From Eledone cirrhosa (lineage: Eukaryota): a stretch of DNA of 64,000 nucleotides. The stretch lies in assembly GCA_964016885.1 (NCBI GenBank), contig OZ024748.1, positions 49,166,001 to 49,230,000 on the forward strand. The letters run 5' to 3'. The position numbers and the translations under genes were made by a program. This document shows positions 37,918-50,789 of this stretch, one piece after another. The notes beneath the pieces are model-generated. The model worked only from the letters and a program-made list of their open reading frames with translations, was not told the DNA's origin and did not search any database. Positions within the stretch are counted from its first letter, which is position 1. Each line of letters opens with the position of its first letter.

Positions 37918-38099
37918 TTACCCACTCTACTACCCTAAGTATTGAGTACTCTAGTGCGTTATGGTCCATCTGGTTCCTTACCACACCTCCTTCGTTATAT
38001 ATGCATATATGCATATATATATATAGGAACCTAGGGGATGAAAGTACATGCATGTGTGTGACAAGAGACAGGGTAAACATGACAGTGGCAAAGGGTAGA

Positions 38100-39075
38100 A
38101 AAGTAAGCAGGAACGTATGTGTGTAAGATTAAAGAAATTGGGGAGGGGAGTTGAGTTCATTGGGGAAACTGGACCCAAGGCTGAAAATCAGACTTCTCTG
38201 TCCTGGTGCATGAGGCCCATGATGTAAAAGGACACCAAGAACTGAGACATGGAAGAGTGACCTGGGGAACTGAAATGACAAACGATGGGATATCCATTAC
38301 CAGTTGTATGTCCCGCAAATGTTCAGCAAAATGGCATCCTGTTTGTCTGATTTATAAGGACCCGCAAAGAGAACACTGGAGGGCATAGACTAGATGGGTG
38401 GAGGTGCAGGTAAATGAGTGGTGGATACGGAATGAACCATTGGTGCCTGTGAGAGTGGTGAGGTTAGAAATGAAAGGTCAAGTGTTACAGAGGGGACGAG
38501 AACAAGGATGAGAGTCAGGTGGAGTCCTAGGATAGGAAGGGAATGAACTATATACCAGGGAGGCACACTTGAACGTGGTGATAGGTGGGTTTGAAATAAA
38601 GTGAGAAGTGATGGGTAAGAAAAGAGGGTGCAATGGACAATATGTCGCCGGAGAGGTTGGGTGATGGGGTGGTAGGTGAGAGGGAAAGGAAGGCAGGTGT
38701 TGGGAGGGCTGTGGTACAGTTGATTTCATGGGCTGGGCGCGGGTGAGGGCAGCTTGGTTCAGGGTGGGGTGATATCCGTGCTGGACGAAGCAGGAGGCCA
38801 AGTGAAGGGACTGGGTCTCGAAATCATGGTCCCGGCTACAGAGCTGACAAAGTCGGAGGAATTGGGAGTAGGGAATGGGGAGTTTGGTGTAAGTGATCGA
38901 TAGAGAGAGAGAGATGTTGAGAAATGGGACAGAAGAATTCAAGACAGAGGTGGTGAAGGTGAGAGTGGGATGAAAAGATACGCGAGAGAGAAGTAGTGCC
39001 GATACAGTCATCGATATAACGACCGCATTGCTCAGGAGTAGGTCCACTGTACACTGTACAATTAAATCTCCACAA
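38100..39075 (-). mobile_element. Decayed Penelope-like element (RT C-terminus, Cys knuckle, GIY-YIG)
   Basis: GRYIDDCIG; IPYSQFLRLCQLCS; PCSRPLCNT; VYALQCSLCGSL*IRQTG..FAEHLRDI. Confidence 0.88.
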
Positions 39076-39935
39076 AATCTCACCATCTCAAGGTAGGCTT
39101 GTTGACAGGCTTTGGTGCTTGGGTAAGGTAGATTAGGGACTGGGTTTCAGAACATTCTGGTCTATACAATTGACCACATTTTAAGTTTTGCTTTGTATAT
39201 TTTATATGACAGTTGGTGAATAATACTATTGTTTATTATTTACAGGTTAACAACAGGTCTGTTATATTTCTAATGAGGGCTGCTCATGGGAAACCAACAC
39301 AAGGATATGGTCAACCTCACCACTAGTTATCTTCCCCTCACCCAATAAACAGGTCATACTCAGAGCATACATAGGCAAAGAATTGGCAGAGTTGTCAGAA
39401 TGCTGGATAGAATGCTTCGCAGTATTTGTTCCAGCTTTCCGTTCTCTGAGTTATAATCCTGTTGAGGTCAACTTGGCTTTTGATCTTTTTGAGGCCGATA
39501 AAAAAAAATGTACCAGTCTAGTATCGGGGGTCAGTTCTTCCTTTATATATCTTTCTCACTTTCTATCTTTCTCTGGAAGAAAATTGTTGTTTTCAGACCT
39601 GGAGAGGGGAGGGTTCCGCCAGGCTTAAATACCCAAGAAACACCATATACCACTACAGCTCCCTTACGACACGATCATGAGTTACAGGACCATGCCATGC
39701 ATGCACTCAGAGCAGGCCAGTTCACTCTGACAAGGCTTACCCCTCTCATCCACCTTTCAACACATTTGCTGGGAGGCAGCACTTCTTTCTTTACCTTCAA
39801 TTTTCCTTTCCAAGTGAAACTTAGAAATCTAGAAGAGAGCTGAACCAAAGATCAATCTTGTCTGCTACACAACCTTGGTAGCACTGCCAGGCCATTGTAG
39901 TTTTTCCTTGTTGACTTTTCTTTATATATGTATAT

Positions 39936-40252
39936 ATATTATTCAAAATATTAATAAATGAACGAAGACGTTCACATAATCAAAATATATGTTTTATTAT
40001 ATATATTTTGGAGGTACTGTGCTGTTTTTTCAGTACGTCCTCATCAGATAAAATACATCAGATAAATACATGACTGCCAAGACTGAAATTTAACCATCAA
40101 GACACTTGAGGTATGTCGTACATCAATTTATGTATTTTATCTGATGAGGACGTACTGAAAAAACAGCACAGTACCTCCGAAATATATATAATAAAACATA
40201 TATTTTGATTATGTGAACGTCTTCATTCATTTATTAATATTTTGAATAATAT
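39936..40252. repeat. Fold-back, 123-bp arms (39936-40058 and 40130-40252), 2 mismatches
   Basis: Direct reverse-complement comparison. Confidence 0.92.
40135..40196 (+). ncRNA. Minimal type I hammerhead ribozyme motif
   Basis: TTTTAT-CTGATGA-GGA c GTACTG..CAGTAC c TCC-GAAA-TATATA-TA-ATAAAA; the mirror copy on the minus strand has GAAA changed to AAAA. Confidence 0.8.
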
Positions 40253-40383
40253 TAATAACTCCAGAAAACTTCTTTGTTGAGTGCTTTGAATCTATTGTAA
40301 AACTATATTCATTGAGTAATCAATGAACCGTATTAACATTTGGTTATTTATATATATAGTTATGTAATAACGGTTGGAGCTGT

Positions 40384-40486
40384 ATAAATGAAGTAATTCC
40401 GTCGGAAAAGTCCAGGAAAAAAGCTCTGTAACCTACATAGAGCACTCTTTTTTCCTGGACTTTTCCGACGGAATTACTTCATTTAT
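40384..40486. repeat. Hairpin with about 36-bp arms
   Basis: ATAAATGAAGTAATTCCGTCGGAAAAGTCCAGGAAAAAAG and its reverse complement. Confidence 0.9.
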
Positions 40487-40488
40487 TT

Positions 40489-40524
<36 letters not shown>

Positions 40525-40945
40525 ATATTAAACTTAAGCCAAAATCTCAATATGGTCTGTATACTAGTATACTTTATTTTCAATATTTCCTCTAGTTCTC
40601 AAGAATTCTTCCTCTGAAGACAGAATAAATTCTTCCATTGTTTTGAAATAATTAATATAATTTCTCAATTCCAGAAACCATGGTTGGGACACTATATGAG
40701 TAAAACTGACCTATTTTAGTTGGTCTAGCTCATATCTCTCCCAATTGAGATTTTGGTTTAAGTTTAATATGTTTAATTACTTCTCTGAGATGATATTTTA
40801 TCTTTTTATTGAGATGTCTGATTATTAGAAACAAATAACATTTTTATATATATATATATAAGTGTGTGTGTGGAAAAAATAAATGGAAACAAAAAAGGAC
40901 AATGATAAAATATATTGGTTTAACACTTGATATAGTTGGAAAAAG

Positions 40946-40979
40946 TCTTTGTTTCAGACACTAGTCCTTCATCAGAAGA
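40946..40979 (-). ncRNA. Degenerate hammerhead motif, same family as 12634
   Basis: TCTT-CTGATGA-A-GGA ctagtg TCT-GAAA-CA-AAGA; cleavage UH lost. Confidence 0.45.
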
Positions 40980-41059
40980 TAGAATAAGAAATAAAAGATG
41001 AACATGAAAGATAGTGTGAAGAGGAAGAAATGGAAAAACAACTTTTTCAGAAAAAACAC

Positions 41060-41093
<34 letters not shown>

Positions 41094-41199
41094 AATTATT
41101 GTGTACAGTGCTCAGGTGCACTACAACTCATCACATGTATATGTCAGTTGTATATAATGGATAGATGTCCATAGAAATTTGATAGTAGAAATGGCAGTG

Positions 41200-41845
41200 A
41201 TAGACACATTTTTTCAAATGCAGGTAGGATCTATAGAGGTGGTTGATAGCTTCCGATACCTAGGTGATCAGATTAGCAAGGGGAGAGGGTGCTCCGAGGC
41301 CATAGTATCTAGAATAAGGATCAGTTGGAAGAAGTTTAGGGAGCTGCTTCCTCTGTTGACAAAGAAGGGTTTCTCCCTGCGAACAAAAGGCCGTTTATAT
41401 GATGCCTGTGTGAGATGCACGATGCTGCATGGTAGTGAGACGTGGGCAGCAACTGCAGAGGATATGCGACAGCTGGAGAGAAATGAAGCAAGCATGTTCC
41501 GATGGATGTGCAGTGTCAATGTGCGTGAACGACCAAGCATAGATGAGATGAGAGAGAAACTGTGTATATGAGGGATAAACTGTAGTGTGTGGGGGAGAAG
41601 ACTGCGTTGGTATGGACATGTGATGCACATGGAGGATGACCGCTGGGTAAAGAAGTGCCAAGAAATCCCAGTAGTAGAGGAAGACCACGAAAAGCATGGG
41701 CAGAGGTGGTGAGAGCTGACCACAGATCGCTGAAGCTCACAGAGAAGATGACGAAGGACCATGACGAATGGAGAGATGCTGAAAAGGACCTGTCCCACCC
41801 TTGCAAGCAAGGAAAAGCGGACGTAAAATGATGATGATGATGATG
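41200..41845 (+). mobile_element. RTE LINE 3' fragment
   Basis: VVDSFRYLGD..SRIRISWKKFRELLPLL..GRLYDACVRCTMLHGSETW; (GAT)n tail. Confidence 0.9.
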
Positions 41846-41863
41846 ATATATAATTACGGTAAT

Positions 41864-42247
41864 TATTGATGCAATTCAATTCAAGCACTCTACGTACCTT
41901 TTCCACATAGGTATGACTGAGGATATTTAAAATAAGAAAATGCGAAGAAGTTACAAATGTTAAAGTCTTTTATTGATAAGGCTGTGATACATATTTCAAT
42001 GACGACAGTGGCCACACGATTCCGCCTAAGCTGTGGAGGTGAATTAGGGCTCACAAGGGAACAGGCGAAGGCTTCAAGAACATCATCTGTGTCCATTCCC
42101 TTGTCGTGTTAATTTGGATTGCCTCGAGAATGTTACCTTATTATGTAAGAAGCTGTCTGATGAGATCATGGCACTGAAACTACTTCGCATTTTCTTATTC
42201 TAAAAATACTCTGTCATTCCTGAGTGCTTCAATTGAATTGCATCAAT
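41864..42247. repeat. Diverged fold-back, Penelope terminal-repeat-like
   Basis: ATTGATGCAATTCAATTCAAGCACTC / GAGTGCTTCAATTGAATTGCATCAAT and AATAAGAAAATGCGAAG / CTTCGCATTTTCTTATT; CTGATGA at 42157. Confidence 0.7.
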
Positions 42248-43221
42248 GTTTACGGTAAGAATTTAGCTCCTAAATGCTGAGCGCTTTATGAGGAGCTTAA
42301 TAACAGACCACTTCTGCATTTGGCTGCCTGCATGACCATGCTTTCTCAAACTTGTAACATTTGTATTTATAAGAAGGTTTACCAAGTTAGCTGTACCTTG
42401 ACTCTTGCTATGTGGGTGCAAAGCCTGGATGTACTACAATGCATTTGCAGTAACCGTATTGATACCAACATTTGGTATCAAAGAGAGAGATGATTGATGT
42501 TGCTTTTGAATTTTTGTAAATTGTAGAGGTCAGGAAAGCAAGAAGCCATAAGAGAATCCATAGGTGAGATGTGCAAGAAACTATCAGAATAGAATTTGTG
42601 ATGCAATTTAGGAATTTCAACTGTAAATGGATGAGATTTAGTCATATGATCTTGATACCGACTGCAGAAACAGTGACATCAATAGGAGGCTCTGTCTATG
42701 GAAAGAAGGCAAGAGAGACATAATATCAATGCAGACAACCTTTAAATGTCATATAATTGTTTCTACTTTTGGTACAAGGCCAGCAATTACCCCAGTGCAT
42801 TACTGGTGCTTTATTTTATCAACCCGGTAAGGATGAAAAGCAAAGTTAACCTCAGCAGGATTTGAACTCAGAATGAAAAGGGATGTAACTCTATGCTGCA
42901 AATGTCAGTCAACACCTGCTAAAGACTGGTCAATGACTCAAGAGTAAAGAGAATATCCTACAGTAGGAGTTCGGCTCTTCCGTGTTTGGACCTGGTGTGC
43001 AGCGTCAGTTGTCCGCAGGGAGGAAGTGGTTTGTACTTAGTGAAGGTTTTTAGGACCTTGTGTTTGTGATTCCTGTTGTAAGTTATGGAAGATCCTATGG
43101 GCTGGGCTGATAGTGAACTCCCAACAACTTCTCACTTCTTGATAGCCTCCAATTTAAGCCCAGAACTGCCGGGTGAGATTACCTGAAGGAACAGCTAGAA
43201 GAGAAATACTGTATATACACA

Positions 43222-44005
43222 ACCATTACAGCCTGCCACTCTCCACACTACTACCGGCACCACACTACTACTACTCCCATCACCACACTACTACTACACC
43301 CTCTCCATACTACTACTACTCCCATCACCACACTACTACTACACCCTCTCCACACTACTACTACTCCCATCACCACACTACTACTACACCCTCTCCATAC
43401 TACTATTACTATCACCACCTTTCATGTTCCAATACATCCCCACCACCATACCACTACAGCTCCCTCCTCATAACTAACACCACCATAGACCCCCCCCCCC
43501 CCACACTACTATCACTATCACCACCACCACCACCAGCCCCACATTACTATTCCTCACACCACTACTAAAGATCCCCAACCCCCTCCCCCACTTCCTATCA
43601 CCACATTACTATCACCACCTCCACCACTACCACCATTACTGAAGATCCCCAACCCCCTCCCCCGTTTCCTCATTACTATCACCACCTCCACCACTACCAT
43701 ACTATTACTCACACCACTACAGCCCCTTCCCCATTACCATCACCACCACCACCACAGCTCCCTTCCTCATTACTATTACTACCATCGCCACCACCACCAC
43801 ATTACTATTCCTCACACCACTACCACCATTACTGAAGATCCCCAACCCCCTCCCCCGCTTCCTCATTACTATCACCACCTCCACCACTACCACACTACTA
43901 TTACTCACACCACTACAGCCCCTTCCCCATTACCACCACCACCACCACAGCTCCCTTCCTCATTACTATTACTACCATCGCCACCACCACCACCACCACC
44001 ACCAA
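43222..44005 (+). repeat. CAC/TAC-rich complex repeat with 66-bp and about 180-bp duplications
   Basis: Direct inspection. Confidence 0.9.
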
Positions 44006-45267
44006 GAGGATTGCTTTCTTAGTTAAACCTGTTGTTTTCCTTTTTCTCCAACTTGAGTTGTTTCTGACGGAAGACAGATATGATGTTAACACCTGCACCC
44101 CCTCACTCTCCCTTTTTCATTTATATTCTCAGACACACATACACATATACACACAATCATACATATATATATATATACTCACATATACATACATACACAC
44201 ACCACACAATCATATATATACATACACAATCATACACAAAGAAACTCAATAGGAGTTACATCACGTATGCATACATCCATATTTCGAGGCACATGCACTA
44301 ACACAAGTAATGAATGATTCTGGAGAAAATTACAATTGCATACACACACACATATACATGCACACAATCACACACAAACAGAAAATCTTTAATCCCGAAA
44401 AATAACATATACTTACTACCATAAAATACACCCAGTTCACCCTGTAAGGTGGTAGTGCTGGTGTCATGATAAAAAGCACCCAGTTCACCCTGTAAGGTGC
44501 TGATTCCATTATAAAAACATTCAGTCCACCCTATATTTTGGTAGTGCTTATAACATGATAAAACACACCCAGTCCACAAGTGGTAGTGTTGATGCCACGA
44601 AAAAAATAAAAACACGCAGTCCACCCTGTGAAGTGGTAGTCTTGGTGTCATGATAAAACACATCCAGTCCACCCTATAAGGTGGTAGTGCTGGTGACATA
44701 ATAAAAAGCACCCAGTCAACCCAGTAAGGTGGTAGTACTGGTAACCCAATAAAAATTACTCACTCCACACTTTAAAATGTTAGTGCTGGAACCATAGTAA
44801 AATGCTCCCACTACACACTATAAATGGATTAGCATTATGAAGGGCAAGCCAAAAATGGAGTGTATGAGCAAGTTGTGCTCATTTGATTGGCTTAGCTTTA
44901 GAATGTGACAACCCATCTAACCCATGTAAGCATGGAAAATAGACATTCAATGGTGATGATGATGGTAACAAATCGTTTGAAATTTCTCAAGACAATTTTC
45001 TTGAGATAAACCTAATGCAGCTCAAGTTGGTGAAATATACTCAAAGTGCTAGAGAACATAGCTTTTGCATATTTTTAGAAGTACAGCTTCATCAATGATA
45101 CAATAGACAGTATAGCAAAACATGTGAACTGAAACCAATTTACATGCATAATAAATCGGAAAAATGGCATCCCGCCTAAGGAAGGAGCCTTGTGAAGCAG
45201 AGTGGCTGTTGCAGCAGGTATCACTGTCTGTTCTCTGTGGCAATGCCATTGTCATTTTGTCTGCAAG

Positions 45268-46590
45268 ACACAGCTGAAAGATACATCACAGACTGGGGTG
45301 TAGAGTCTGTCACAGCTGAGAGATACATCACAGACTGGGGTGTAGAGTCTGTCACAGCTGAAAGATACATCACAGACTGGGGTGTAGAGTCTGTCACAGC
45401 TGAAAGATACATCACAGACTGGGGTGTAGAGCCTGTCACAACTGAGAGATACATCACAGACTGGGGTGTAGAGTCTGTCACAACTGAGAGATACATCACA
45501 GACTGGGGTGTAGAGTCTGTCACAACTGAGAGATACATCACAGGCTGGGGTGTAGAGTCTGTCACAGCTGAGAGATACAGCACAGACTGGGGTGTAGAGT
45601 CTGTCACAGCTGAGAGATACATCACAGACTGGGGTGTAGAGCGTCACAGCTGAAAGATACATCACAGACTGGGGTGTAGAGTGTCACAGCTGAGAGATAC
45701 ATCACAGACTGGGGTGTAGAGTCTGACACAGCTGAGAGATACATCACAGACTGGGGTGTAGAGTCTGTCACAGCTGAAAGATACATCACAGACTGGGGTG
45801 TAGAGCCTGTCACAGCTGAGAGATACATCACAGACTGGGGTGTAGAGTCTGTCACAGTTGAGAGATACATCACAGACTGGGGTGTAGTCTGTCACAGCTG
45901 AGAGATACATCACAGACTGGGGTGTAGAGTCTGTCACAGCTGAAAGATACATCACAGACTGGGGTGTAGAGTCTGTCACAGCTGAGAGATACATCACAGA
46001 CTGGGGTGTAGAGTCTGTCACAGCTGAGAGATACATCACAGACTGGGGTGTAGAGTCTATCATAGCTGAGAGATACATCACGGACTGGGGTGTAGAGTCT
46101 GTCACAGCTGAAAGATACATCACAGACTGGGGTGTAGTCTGTCACAGCTGAGAGATACATCACAGACTGGGGTGTAGAGTCTGTCACAGCTGAGAGATAC
46201 ATCACAGACTGGGGTGTAGAGCGTCACAGCTGAAAGATACATCACAGACTGGGGTGTAGAGTCTGTCACAGCTGAGAGATACATCACAAACTGGGGTGTA
46301 GAGTCTATCATAGCTGAGAGATACATCACGGACTGGGGTGTAGAGTCTGTCACAACTGAGAGATACATCACAGACTGGGGTGTAGAGTCTGTCACAGCTG
46401 AGAGATACATCACAGACTGGGGTGTAGAGTCTGTCACAGCTGAGAGATACATCACAGACTGGGGTGTAGAGTCTGTCACAGCTGAGAGATACATCACAGA
46501 CTGGGGTGTAGAGTCTGTCACAACTGAGAGATACATCACAGACTGGGGTGTAGAGTCTGTCACAACTGAGAGATACATCACAGACTGGGG
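45268..46590 (+). repeat. 42-bp tandem minisatellite, about 31 copies, ending in a poly-G run
   Basis: Unit CACAGCTGAGAGATACATCACAGACTGGGGTGTAGAGTCTGT with occasional 40-bp variants. Confidence 0.97.
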
Positions 46591-47694
46591 GGGGGGGGGA
46601 TCGGTTGCTTCCTCCACTGCCTTTTTTGTTTAATTTCTTCTTTCATTTTATTTCTTTCATTCTTTATTTCCTTATTGCTTTATATAAATTTTTCTGTAAA
46701 TAAAACTTATTTTTTCACTATAAATCTGAGGTCAGTAGTCAGCCAAAACCGTGGAGTAAGTTGTGTAACTACAATAGTAATATTTCAAGGCAGTGGTTTG
46801 GCAGAATTGTTAGAAAGACATAAAATGCTTGTGATATTTATTTTTGTCATTTTACACTCTGAGTCCCAAACCTTCCTGAATTAACAATGTCCTTTATCTT
46901 TATGGGGTTAACTATAACCATGTGTCTATGTCAGAAATGTTATTCTAGAGGCATAATATCATCATCGTTTAATGTCTGTTTTTCCTGCTAGTTAGGTTTG
47001 GATGGGACTACATCAACCAAGTCAGTCCTGAAGAAGGGTTAACTTCCCAGACAGGCTGGGGGAACTGCATCTCACTTACAGTTTTATCATTCTATCAAGT
47101 GCACATGGGAGGTTGTCATGTTTTTGACACAACTAATGGGTCCTCCCAACCCTTTATTCGGCAGGCTTTCTATGGCTAGATGCCCTTCCTATCACCAACC
47201 ACTTTACAGCATGTACAAGTGATGTTTATCGTGTAGATTACCAACACTAGGGAGGTTGTCGTGTCCTTGACATGACTGAAGGGTCCTACCAACATGGAAA
47301 TAATTTTAGATTAATTATAAAACTTGGTAAAAACGGTGGTGAGTTCACTGAGATAATGTTAAGACGTTTTCAAATGAAAATATATCTTTTATCATCATCG
47401 TCATCATTGTTTAATGCCCATCTTTCATGCTTGTATGAGTTAGAAAGGCTGTCGTGTTATGAAACAGGTCAGGTGACCACGTCATGCTCCAGAATTTGTA
47501 TTTGTTTGGCAAAGGATCAGAAATCTTATGTTGAAACTGCAATAATTGCATCATGAGTGAGCCATTTCAATCATATAAGAACACACAAGTGTTTTGGTTA
47601 TTGACACAATTCCAGATACAGTGGAATTGTGTCAATCAAAAGTTTGATGAAATAGTTTAATATCATAGAAATAAATTAGAAATAACATTTTTGT

Positions 47695-48400
47695 GTTTTC
47701 TTCTTTGCCCTTTGTCCACTTTGTTCCTGAGAGGCTCATAGAGGCAAAGTCCTCAGACATGCTTTCCAGAGGGTCCCATCAGAAGTAACCATCACCAAAC
47801 AATCCAGCTGAATCTTTAAGCAAAACCAACTGAGTTCATAGATGTTATTCAGCCATCTTGCTCATGGTCTACCCCTGGGTCTCCTGCAATTTTTTCATTC
47901 AAAATTCTAACCACATGTCTATAATATCTGAGCTGTGATCTTTCAATGCAGAGAAGTAGCAGCTCTATCTAGAGTGATTCCCTCATCTCTGAGCAAAGTA
48001 CTTTAGTGAGTAGCATTAATCCTGAGATCCTACGGAGGAATGCCATTTCAAATTCTTCTATTTGCAATTGTATTCTTTTGGTTATTACCCAAGATTCCTT
48101 TTGATGAAACTCATGTGTTGAACACCACATTACAACTTGGTGTAGGAACCATCAAGTTTCCTTGAGCGAGTGACACTGAGAGTCCAGAATTCTGAACCAG
48201 CTGGATCATTTGGTCATGGTTGCTTCTGATGGGACCCTCTGGTAAGAATATCTGAGGACATTGCCCTCTTTATACCCAAGAGGGTCATAGAGGAAAAGGG
48301 CAAAGAACATACTGAATTGAAGATAGCGAGTTTGGCTTTTATAACTACCTCTCTTCTGATAACTGAGTGCTGAAGCTGGCTTAGCTCCAGCAATTCTTGC
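47695..48400 (-). mobile_element. Decayed Expander/Rex3-like RTE 3' fragment
   Basis: Reverse-complement similarity to 1640-2180 (QHSVIRREV..KAKLAIFNSV). Confidence 0.7.
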
Positions 48401-49636
48401 ATTTAATTTGTGTTCTAAAGTACTTCTTCATGGTGTAGCTGCATATTAATATTGAATATTTTCAGGCTTGGCTTTAATATCGAGTCTGGGATGGTCTGAA
48501 AAGGTTAACTAAATTATTAAAACAAAACAACTCTCTGATCAAGAAAATTAACGTCTAATGTTTCTGTCCATATCACAAACCAATACCAAAAGGAGACATT
48601 TCTCAACTGTAAGCAACAGCTTGAAGACTTTGAAGCTTTGAAAGCTATCAAAAGTCTTGAAAGTTACAGTCGAAAACATCTTACTATATGGTTCAGAATC
48701 CTAGACTCTCAAGTGTCGTTCACTCAAGGGGACTTAATGGTTCCCACACCACAATGTTATGTATGGTGATTTCGTGTCAAAGTCACACTACCGACAAAAT
48801 TCTTTATGGTGATTTGCCATGAAAGTTTGATCCTGTCGGTTGACTCTTGCTAGTCAGGTTTCCCACCATGATGAACTTGCCAGGAAACTGCTTCTCTAGT
48901 CACCAAATGCAAAGTGCCAAGTAGGATGTCCAAACATAACCACCAAGACTCTGCCCTCACTGGATGGGATCTTCTTGCTGTGATGAACTTTGTGCATGTT
49001 TGACCTTTGATGGAGGAATGACTCAAGAAAAAAATAACAGAATTGTTGCTATATAATTGAATTGTGTATTAGGTATTATATTGTCTTAGTTTAACTGCAA
49101 TCGACTTAAATTTTAGCATCTTATAAATGATTTAGTTGTAAATGTCTAAAAGATGGTCTCTTAATTCAAATATTTGTAGTATCTTTATTTTTCAACAGCA
49201 TCTTGTGAACATTTTTAGTATTAAACTAAAGACATCAATATTTAATGTGATGCAGTCAAGCATGTTAAAAATAGTGCTATGTATGCATGGTTGTAATTTA
49301 ATTACATAATAATTTTAAATAGCATTCTAAAAATTATGATGTATAGAAAAACGTTAACAAAATCAATACAATTAATAAAAGATATTATATATTCATCATA
49401 AACAAAATATTCTAATGAGCTAATAATTCTTAAATTAAAATCATTATTCTTCGGCAGCTGCTTTTTAAAGAAAAATATCGTCAAAACTCAACACATTTTC
49501 ATTGACATTTTAAAAATGTGCTTTGAAAAAAAAAAAAAAAGTAAAGTTATCTCCCTTAGATTAGAGAGCTTGTCATTTCCTTCTTGTAAACAGAAAAATT
49601 GCTTGCTTTTTTTTTTTACTATTCTTAACTAATTAA

Positions 49637-49850
49637 GGGCAGTAGATTGGCAGTATCGGTAGAGCGTCGGACACCATACTTCGTGGCATAGAATTACGGC
49701 CCTTCTTGATTTCAGATCCCGCCGGGGTTAGCTTAGTTTTTCATCCTTACTAGGTCGATAAAATAAAGTACCAGTAACGCACTGGTGTCGATTTAATCGA
49801 CTTTCCCCTCCTCCTAAATTGTTCACCATGTGTCTATATCAGAAGCCATT
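49637..49850 (+). mobile_element. SINE family A
   Basis: TTGGCAGTATCGGTAGAGC..TTCATCCTTAC..GTCGATAAAATAAAGTACCAGT. Confidence 0.8.
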
Positions 49851-50290
49851 AATTAATAGTTTTTTTTTGTTCGCACCGTACGGTACAAGTTAAGAGCGAA
49901 CCCTTTTGGTAGCAGACAGTCCTTGCTTCTACAATACTAAGTTGCTTGTTTTAAAGTGTTTATATTTACCTTAAGACTTTCCTACATAAATTTATGCAAG
50001 AACCTTTACATCAAGTTATACTTCAAACACCAGCTTAATGTCAAGAAAGTTACTTATATAATGTTGTAGTGCACCTGAACATTGTACACAATCATTTTCA
50101 TTATGTTATAGTATAATCCATACAAATTCTTGAAAATTTTAAAAATCATACCATAATGCAGTATTTTCTTTTCTTTTTAGAAATATGGTAATGGGGCTTC
50201 ATATTACTCAACAGTTAAAGCAAGAAGAGAGACTGAAAAATACATAATAGCTATAGAGCATCATAAAATGGTTTAATGACTGATAAGAAT

Positions 50291-50500
50291 GGTTTCTTAT
50301 TTAGGCGCAAGGCCAGCAATTTTGGGGGAGGGGAAAGTCGATTAGATCGACCCCAGCTCATGACTGGTACTTAATTTTATCGACCCCCGTAAGGATGAAA
50401 GGCAAAGCTAACCTTGGCAGGATTTGAACTCAGATCATAAAGGGCCGTAACTCTATGCTGCAAAGCATGGCGTCCGACCCTCTACCGATACTGTCAATCC
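50291..50500 (-). mobile_element. SINE family A with 10-bp TSD GATAAGAATG
   Basis: TSD at 50282 and 50501. Confidence 0.85.
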
Positions 50501-50591
50501 GATAAGAATGCCAGTCAGCCAGCTGACCCTGTGGGGGCCTAAAGTACTTGGGCTTCAGAGCCATAGTAAGATCAGGCTGGTAGTAGATTAA

Positions 50592-50789
50592 CCATTTAGC
50601 ATTTACATTACTCTATATTTAATATTGAATTTTCACAGTAAAGGCTTTAACTCCCATAATATTGAATCTATGAGATTTTGATATTATTTAGTTTGAGAAC
50701 AATACCTCAACATAAATATGAGCACCCAGTTGGAACAGAAAGAGGTGACAGAATTCTGGCTGGATACAGCCAGTTTAAATGCTAAAGGG
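50592..50789. mobile_element. piggyBac-type MITE (opposite orientation to 51844)
   Basis: TTAA-CCATTTAGCATTTA...TAAATGCTAAAGGG. Confidence 0.75.

Noticed and set aside
45192-46617. Repeat-protein ORFs, CRISPR or tandem hammerheads in the 42-bp array
   Set aside because: ORFs arise because the unit length is a multiple of 3; there are no spacers; CTGAGAG/CTGAAAG does not fit CUGANGA with a proper GAAA partner.
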